Below, in pieces: positions 58,351 to 64,000 of a stretch of DNA of 64,000 nucleotides. A model generated the notes under the pieces. It was not told where the DNA came from. It saw only the letters and a program-made list of their open reading frames with translations, and searched no databases. Every line of letters begins with the position of its first letter. Position 1 is the first letter of the stretch. Origin of the DNA: Candidatus Latescibacterota bacterium. Lineage in GTDB: Bacteria > Latescibacterota > UBA2968 > UBA8231. Where the stretch lies: positions 864,001 to 928,000 of the forward strand of contig OY730476.1 of assembly GCA_963422735.1 (NCBI GenBank), given 5' to 3'. Made by a program: the position numbers and the translations under genes.

Positions 58351-60519
58351 CTAGCTTGCCCCGGACAATGACCCCGCGGCGTACACCGGACTCGACCAAG
58401 CCATCTGCCCGTCGCACTGGATGGCCTTGACGAAATAAGCGGCCTGCCCTTCCCCCGGCGGCTGATCCACAGTCTCCAGCGTCAATTCCAGCACTTCCAC
58501 CTGCTCGGGATAGCGCTGCACCACCAACTGCATGTCCAAGCCACCGTAGTCGAAGCACCTTGGCTTATGGCCCAGTCCCGCCAGATCAATCTCCCTCGTC
58601 CCCGCCGCAGAATCGAACACCACGCTGCCGACCTGCCCATCGTTCAGCACCAGCTCAATACCGTCGCAATCCCCCGTGGTCTGCGATTGAAAAGCCACGG
58701 CCTGCGGCTTGGTCGCGGTGATGCCGTCAGCCGCAGAGTCAAAGCTGACCGTGGTCGCCTCCACAATGGTGGCCTGAGTGGTGCGGATAACCCCAGACCA
58801 ATCCACCCGCCGCCCGCGCCCGCGCATCCGCGAGCCAGACCACATCAGGCGCAACCTGTTGGAATGCACCAAATCCCGACCGAATTCAGGTGGCTGGACC
58901 TCGGCGAGCAAGGTCCGACCGCGATACACTTGCAGCACCTCCAGCGGTGCCGCCCCCACAACCCGGGCGCGAATATCCACCGAGTCCACATTTGTCACCA
59001 CCGCCCCCATGAACGCACCGGCTATCTGTACATCTAGAAGTATGCGCGCTCCAGTCGTGCCGTAACAGCGCCTGCTACACAGGGCCTCCCACACGCCCGA
59101 GCGCGACAACTCGCCGGCCAACACGCAGGTCAAGCCGCCGGCAATGCCAAACTCGCCAGCCCCCGGCCCTTCGGCCCCGGGCCGTCCCTTGTGGCCGTCG
59201 CTGTTGCATATTACCCCGACCACGTGGCCGCAATCCAGCGCGTCGAACAGCATCCACTCGAACACGCCCCAGCACGAGACGATCTCCACGAGATTGTGCG
59301 CCTCGGGGTCGAAATAGGCTTTGACGTCGGCCCAGCGCCCGCCTACGTGCGAGCCGATAATCACGTTATCGCGTGGCACTAAGCGGGCGAGCCGGGCGAA
59401 AAAAACATCGGCCGGATGTGCGGGCGACACCGCGTCCTCGGAAACGTGCGGGATCTGCCAGTGGCTGTTGCGCACAATAGGTAGCCCCTCCGCCAAGTAA
59501 AAGACGTTGCGATCCCCGCCAGCCGGGGAATTAGCCGACCACTCGTAGCCAGGAAAGACGACGAACTCGCCGTCCCGGTGAAAAGCCCGCACCGTCTCGT
59601 TGAGCCGCTGCCAGTCTTGGTCATCAACCTGGAAATCATTGCCCTGATGCGAGGCGAAATCTACCCTCGCCCAGTCGCGGGCAAAGGTGAAGTACTCCAC
59701 TTCGGTGCCCACGCCGACGGTGGCGTCGGACTGGGCGTGCAAATCTCCCCAGTAGCGGTACCACTGAGGCGCTGTCGCAAAGACGACGACTGGATTGCTG
59801 TAACAGCGCAATCCGCCCGCCGCCGCAATCAGCCGTCCGCTACCCGAAGCGCAAAAGGACACCCTACCCCCCTCGGCCACAACCTCCCCTTCTCCTTCCC
59901 AACCCAGTTCGACCGGCCCTGCCACTGCCGTCGGATTACCCCACATATCCTGTCCTTTAACAAAAACCTCGACCGCCTCCCCCACTAGTGCTTGGCTCGG
60001 CGCTATGCACACCAGTTCCACGGCCTCGCCAGCGACAATGGGAAACTTGGGCGATTTCGCCACGGCCCGAGCCACCGAAGCATTGGTCGGATCGACGAAG
60101 GCGCGGAATTCGTGAGCCGACTCGATAAAAGTCTGCGCTCGAATCCCCGGCGAGCCACCGCTCCGCTCTCCCAAGACCACGCTCACCGCATCGCCGGGTG
60201 CGAGGGAACCATCGCACACGTCAATCACCACGCACCAGCGCATCCAAGGGCGCTCGTGGCCCTTGGGGGCAAAGCGCGGCATCAGCTTGGCCGCTCCGTT
60301 GGTCTGCGCCGTGCAATAGGCCGGCGCAGCCGGATCGCTGAACTGGGCCGGCTGCATGTCGCAGGCAAAGCGCTGGGCGATCTTAATGGTGCCGCACTCG
60401 TCAATGCCGTAGCTGCCCACGGTCAGGGTCAAGGTCCATTGCTGGTAGGTGCCGGCCACTACCGGCGCGCAAGGTTCCAGCGTCACCGTCCCCAGCCGTT
60501 CTCGCCATTGCTGCTGCAT
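58351..60519 (-). CDS. DUF3604-family PHP-like metallo-protein
   Basis: YWGDLHAQS, PGYEWS...GGDRNV, HVGG, NSDGHKGRPG, RRCYGTTGAR, AWSSP; RBS AAGGAG. Confidence 0.82.
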   Translation of the reverse strand: MQQQWRERLGTVTLEPCAPVVAGTYQQWTLTLTVGSYGIDECGTIKIAQRFACDMQPAQFSDPAAPAYCTAQTNGAAKLMPRFAPKGHERPWMRWCVVIDVCDGSLAPGDAVSVVLGERSGGSPGIRAQTFIESAHEFRAFVDPTNASVARAVAKSPKFPIVAGEAVELVCIAPSQALVGEAVEVFVKGQDMWGNPTAVAGPVELGWEGEGEVVAEGGRVSFCASGSGRLIAAAGGLRCYSNPVVVFATAPQWYRYWGDLHAQSDATVGVGTEVEYFTFARDWARVDFASHQGNDFQVDDQDWQRLNETVRAFHRDGEFVVFPGYEWSANSPAGGDRNVFYLAEGLPIVRNSHWQIPHVSEDAVSPAHPADVFFARLARLVPRDNVIIGSHVGGRWADVKAYFDPEAHNLVEIVSCWGVFEWMLFDALDCGHVVGVICNSDGHKGRPGAEGPGAGEFGIAGGLTCVLAGELSRSGVWEALCSRRCYGTTGARILLDVQIAGAFMGAVVTNVDSVDIRARVVGAAPLEVLQVYRGRTLLAEVQPPEFGRDLVHSNRLRLMWSGSRMRGRGRRVDWSGVIRTTQATIVEATTVSFDSAADGITATKPQAVAFQSQTTGDCDGIELVLNDGQVGSVVFDSAAGTREIDLAGLGHKPRCFDYGGLDMQLVVQRYPEQVEVLELTLETVDQPPGEGQAAYFVKAIQCDGQMAWSSPVYAAGSLSGAS

Positions 60520-60674
60520 TTTAAACTCCTTTGCTCCCCAAGTAGTCAAAAGCCAAAAATCTCCGCACTGCCCACCCGCTTTTTTTGCAATCTCTTTTTT
60601 CACTAACTTAACCAGTATTATTTATAAAAAGATCTGCGCGGAATTGAAATTTGACCCTGAGAAAGGATAGCAGT

Positions 60675-61631
60675 GTGAAGGTCGTACTGACGTTTGATAT
60701 GGGGGCAGCCTACGTCGAGGAATTGCGGACGGCGTTCCCCGAAGTGGATTTTTGCCCGGCGCATAGCGAAGCGGAGCAGGTGCGCGAGGTGGTGGATGCA
60801 CAGGTGGTGTTTGGGTTGATGACGCGGCCGGTGTTTTTAGCCGCCCACCAACTCAAGTGGTTTCACTTTGTGGGCATCGGCTTCGACCCGAGCGTGCGCA
60901 ATATACCGGAGTTTCGCACGGGTGCTGTGGTGATGACCAACGCGCGCCAGGCGCATGTAGTGCCAATGGCCGACCACGTCTTCGCCGCGATACTTGCACA
61001 CGCCCACCGGATCCCCGAACTGCTCGAGGATCAGCGCAAGCACCATTGGAATACCAAGCGCTATGTACGGCGCATCATCGAATTGGAAGGAACCAAGATG
61101 GGGGTGCTGGCGATGGGTGATATCGGGCGGGCCGTAGCCACGCGGGCCGCAGCGTTCGGGATCGAGGTTTACGCAGTGGATATCTTGCCGATGGAGCCGC
61201 CGCCGGGCGTGTGTGCGGTGTGGCCGGTCGAGCGATTGGACGAGATGCTGGAAAGGATCGACTGGCTGGTGGTGACGGCCCCGCGCACCCAAGCGACGAC
61301 GGGGATGCTCAATCGGCAACGGCTCGCCTTGCTCAAAGAAGGAGCGTTTGTAGTGGTCGTCTCGCGCGGGGGAATAGTCGATGAGGAAGCACTGGCCGCG
61401 GGCTTGCACGCCGACCGGCTCGGCGGCGCCGCGCTCGACGCGACCGAGGTCGAACCGCTGCCGCTAGACAGCCCGCTGTGGGACGCGCCCAACATGCTGA
61501 TCTCGCCGCATGCCTCGGCCGAGTCCGTGCAATTGATCGAGCGCCGCAAGGCGATCTTCAAGGAAAATCTGCGCCGCTATCTGGCGGGCGAAGCGTTGTT
61601 GAACGTGTGCGATACAGAGAAAGGGTACTAA
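60675..61631 (+). CDS. D-2-hydroxyacid dehydrogenase family protein
   Basis: MGDIGRAVA, VSRGGIVDE, LDATEVEPLP, ISPHAS. Confidence 0.88.
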   Translation: MKVVLTFDMGAAYVEELRTAFPEVDFCPAHSEAEQVREVVDAQVVFGLMTRPVFLAAHQLKWFHFVGIGFDPSVRNIPEFRTGAVVMTNARQAHVVPMADHVFAAILAHAHRIPELLEDQRKHHWNTKRYVRRIIELEGTKMGVLAMGDIGRAVATRAAAFGIEVYAVDILPMEPPPGVCAVWPVERLDEMLERIDWLVVTAPRTQATTGMLNRQRLALLKEGAFVVVVSRGGIVDEEALAAGLHADRLGGAALDATEVEPLPLDSPLWDAPNMLISPHASAESVQLIERRKAIFKENLRRYLAGEALLNVCDTEKGY

Positions 61632-62885
61632 ATGACGGCGAAACCCCACCTGCCCCCGTCTCCCATCGACGAGGGCAAAGTTACCGTAACTGCGATCGAG
61701 TCGGTACAGCCGCTTGACTTGTTCCCCGACTTGCTGCTGGTGCGAATCCACACCGACGCCGGGCTCATCGGCCACGGCGAAACGCATTACTGCGCCGAGG
61801 CCGTACAGGCCATGCTGCACGACTGGATGGCGCGCCGCCTGCTGGGTGAAGACGCGCTGGCCATTGAGTCGCACTGGCGCTTTCTCTACGAGCGTGCCGC
61901 GAATTTCGGCGTCCGCGGCACGGAACTCCGCGCCTTGTCGGCGCTGGACGTGGCGCTGTGGGACATTCTCGGCCAAGTCTGCAAGCAGCCGATCTATCGC
62001 CTGCTCGGCGGGCCAGTGCGCGACAAAATTTTAGTGTACAATAGCTGCGGCAACCCACAATACGGGCCGAGTACCACCGGGCGCAAGGGCTGGCCGGGCT
62101 TTGGCACCATCGGCGAACCGGGGCCGCTGGGCGATTCGTGGAAGCTATTCCACGAGCCAGTGGCGCTAGCCGAGGAACTGGTCGAACTGGGCTATCGCGG
62201 GCTAAAAGTCTGGCCCTTTGACCAAGCCGCCATCCAGTACGGCCCAGCGCGGATTCCGCACCGCGCAATTGAGGAAGGCGTGCAGCCCCTGCGCGAGATC
62301 CGCGACAAGGTAGGAATGGACCTCGACATCTTCGTCGATGGCCACGCGCATTTCCAGCTACCAGCGGCACTGCGCATCGCCGAGGCATTGCGCGAAGTCG
62401 CGCCGCTGTGGCTGGAGGACGTGATCAAAATGGACAACCTCGACACAGTAGCCGACTTTCGCCGCCAGAGCCGGATGCCCATTTCAGTGAGCGAGATGCT
62501 GTTGAGCCGGGCCGATTACAACTCCGCGCTGATGCACCAAGCCGCCGATTACGTGATGATCGACCCGACTTGGGTCGGCGGGATTTCCGAGACCACGCGG
62601 ATCGCCCATCTGGCGCAGACCTATAATGTGCCGGTCAGCATGCACGACTGCACCGGCCCGCTGACGCTTTTTGCCGGCTTGCACGTGGGGGCCGCGGTGG
62701 CCAACTGCTGCTATCAGGAAACCGTGCGGGCGCAGATCCAGACGGTGTATCGAGAACTGATCGACGTCGAGGTGGAGATTGGCCAAGGGTACGCGAGCCT
62801 GCCCCAAGGCTGCGGTTTGGGGGTCAGGCTGAATCCCGATTTGTTCAAGCCGGAACGGCCGGGCTATCGAATTTCGAGATGTTGA
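61632..62885 (+). CDS. Mandelate racemase/enolase-superfamily dehydratase
   Basis: DVALWDILG...PIYRLLGG, KVWPF, VDGH, WLED, VSE, HDCTGP. Confidence 0.88.
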   Translation: MTAKPHLPPSPIDEGKVTVTAIESVQPLDLFPDLLLVRIHTDAGLIGHGETHYCAEAVQAMLHDWMARRLLGEDALAIESHWRFLYERAANFGVRGTELRALSALDVALWDILGQVCKQPIYRLLGGPVRDKILVYNSCGNPQYGPSTTGRKGWPGFGTIGEPGPLGDSWKLFHEPVALAEELVELGYRGLKVWPFDQAAIQYGPARIPHRAIEEGVQPLREIRDKVGMDLDIFVDGHAHFQLPAALRIAEALREVAPLWLEDVIKMDNLDTVADFRRQSRMPISVSEMLLSRADYNSALMHQAADYVMIDPTWVGGISETTRIAHLAQTYNVPVSMHDCTGPLTLFAGLHVGAAVANCCYQETVRAQIQTVYRELIDVEVEIGQGYASLPQGCGLGVRLNPDLFKPERPGYRISRC

Positions 62886-63178
62886 TTTGCAATGACGACC
62901 CAGATGCGTCTATCAGGACGGCTTTCGGCTGCACGGGTCGCCATAGCAGGTGCCAACTCCGAGGGACCGTCGTCGACAATCCCGTCTGTCGCGGAGGTGC
63001 GTCTCGCCGCTAAATTGACGGCTCTTTCCAACTCGCCCGGCTTGAGCAGTTTGTCCTTTGGTACTTCCGTCAAAACGCCGGCCGCGGCCGGATGCAGGGC
63101 GACTTCAAGTTCTTCAATGGCCATCAGTCCCGCCGGTCCCTAACAAGGCCACGAGTACGCCGAATGACCATATACGCC

Positions 63179-64000
63179 TCACGCGCCTCGCAGGACCTTC
63201 TCGATAGCGGCGCACACGATTTTTTCCGACCGACCCGACACAAAGGCGTCCACCGGCTCGTATCCCCCCTCGGCAAAGGAACTCGCCAGAGTTATGTACC
63301 CGGTCCCCAAATCCCCGTATCCCGCCACGGCGACAAAGGCATCTGGGCGACTCGCCTGCGCGTACAGTTGGTATTCGATAAATATCTCGCCCGGCAAATG
63401 GACCACCGCCACCCGGTCGTTGAGCTGCAGACAAGTGATGGGAATGGGCCGCTCGCGGCGGCGCAGATACGTCAGCATAAGGGCGGCTTTGCTGTGCACT
63501 TTGGCCCCGGTGGCTGCCGAGGCGATTTGCGCCAGCAGGTTTTCCTCGGCCAGATCCTCTCTCGGTGGCAGCCGCACCGGCTCGACCGTCCAGCGCATGC
63601 GCTCTAGCGGCTGCCGCGTACTTCCCTGCTCCGCCTCCAACATGGCCCGGTGGATGCGCTCGGTAAACAACTCCCGGTTGTCAGCTAGGCCGTCGTTGTA
63701 TTTGCCCGCGGTGACATTGCCCGCACAGCCGGTGAAGTATAGGTGCGGCACGCCGCTTTCCTCCCTGCGGCGGTTGCGCGCCAAGCCGACGAATTCGGGC
63801 GTCACCAGCCCAGTGCCGTCCTCGCTGGTGGGATGGACGGCATAGTAGTGCAACAGGGCCAAGGCCGTCTCTCTTTGGTAAAAGCCAATCGTCTTTAGCA
63901 TGGGGTCAATGACGCCTTCGGGAGCGGCTCGCACTTGCGGATCAAGGCACCGAGTCCAGCGCACCGCAGCCACCTTGCCGTCTGGCCCCATCACCCGCCG
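63179..64000 (-). CDS. Neutral-ceramidase-like hydrolase family hypothetical protein (5' end outside the window)
   Basis: YAVHPTS, FTGCAGN, LPGEIFIEYQL, GYI..A....GGYE. Confidence 0.7.
   Translation of the reverse strand, partial: RRVMGPDGKVAAVRWTRCLDPQVRAAPEGVIDPMLKTIGFYQRETALALLHYYAVHPTSEDGTGLVTPEFVGLARNRRREESGVPHLYFTGCAGNVTAGKYNDGLADNRELFTERIHRAMLEAEQGSTRQPLERMRWTVEPVRLPPREDLAEENLLAQIASAATGAKVHSKAALMLTYLRRRERPIPITCLQLNDRVAVVHLPGEIFIEYQLYAQASRPDAFVAVAGYGDLGTGYITLASSFAEGGYEPVDAFVSGRSEKIVCAAIEKVLRGA

Noticed and set aside
62864-63143. Short ORFs on both strands between convergent genes
   Set aside because: No family motif recognised; coding strand cannot be decided.

Overview
High-GC bacterial chromosomal window with no clear prophage. 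The gene content (Ig-repeat surface protein, many sugar-acid catabolic enzymes, DUF3604, several Uma2 genes) resembles Latescibacterota/Gemmatimonadota-like host-associated bacteria, but that is weak inference. Layout: (1-17 kb) an Ig-repeat surface protein cut by the window edge, HNH, rpsT, a cysM-mec-cysO-cysK operon carrying a 141-bp MITE, aspS, LysM genes and a phoH-HD-ybeY-corC-tRNA(fMet)-sigma4-lnt cluster. (17-31 kb) Catabolic genes. (31.8-45 kb) A complete type III-B CRISPR-Cas locus: cmr2/cas10, cmr3, cmr4, cmr5, a cmr6-cmr1 fusion with an extra C-terminal domain, an embedded Uma2 nuclease, a CARF-HEPN effector, cas1, cas2, a 14-repeat array and cas6. (45-55 kb) Metabolism and transport. 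(55.4-58.3 kb) A decaying defence islet. (58-64 kb) More catabolism. The most striking unexplained signal is a second CRISPR-like mini-array (3 repeats of 29-30 nt, two 31-nt spacers) whose repeat differs from the main array. It lies just upstream of cas10 and antisense over the 5' end of a small exported-protein gene, making it a candidate crRNA-like regulator of a type III system. All family calls come from motif recognition by eye; no searches were run.
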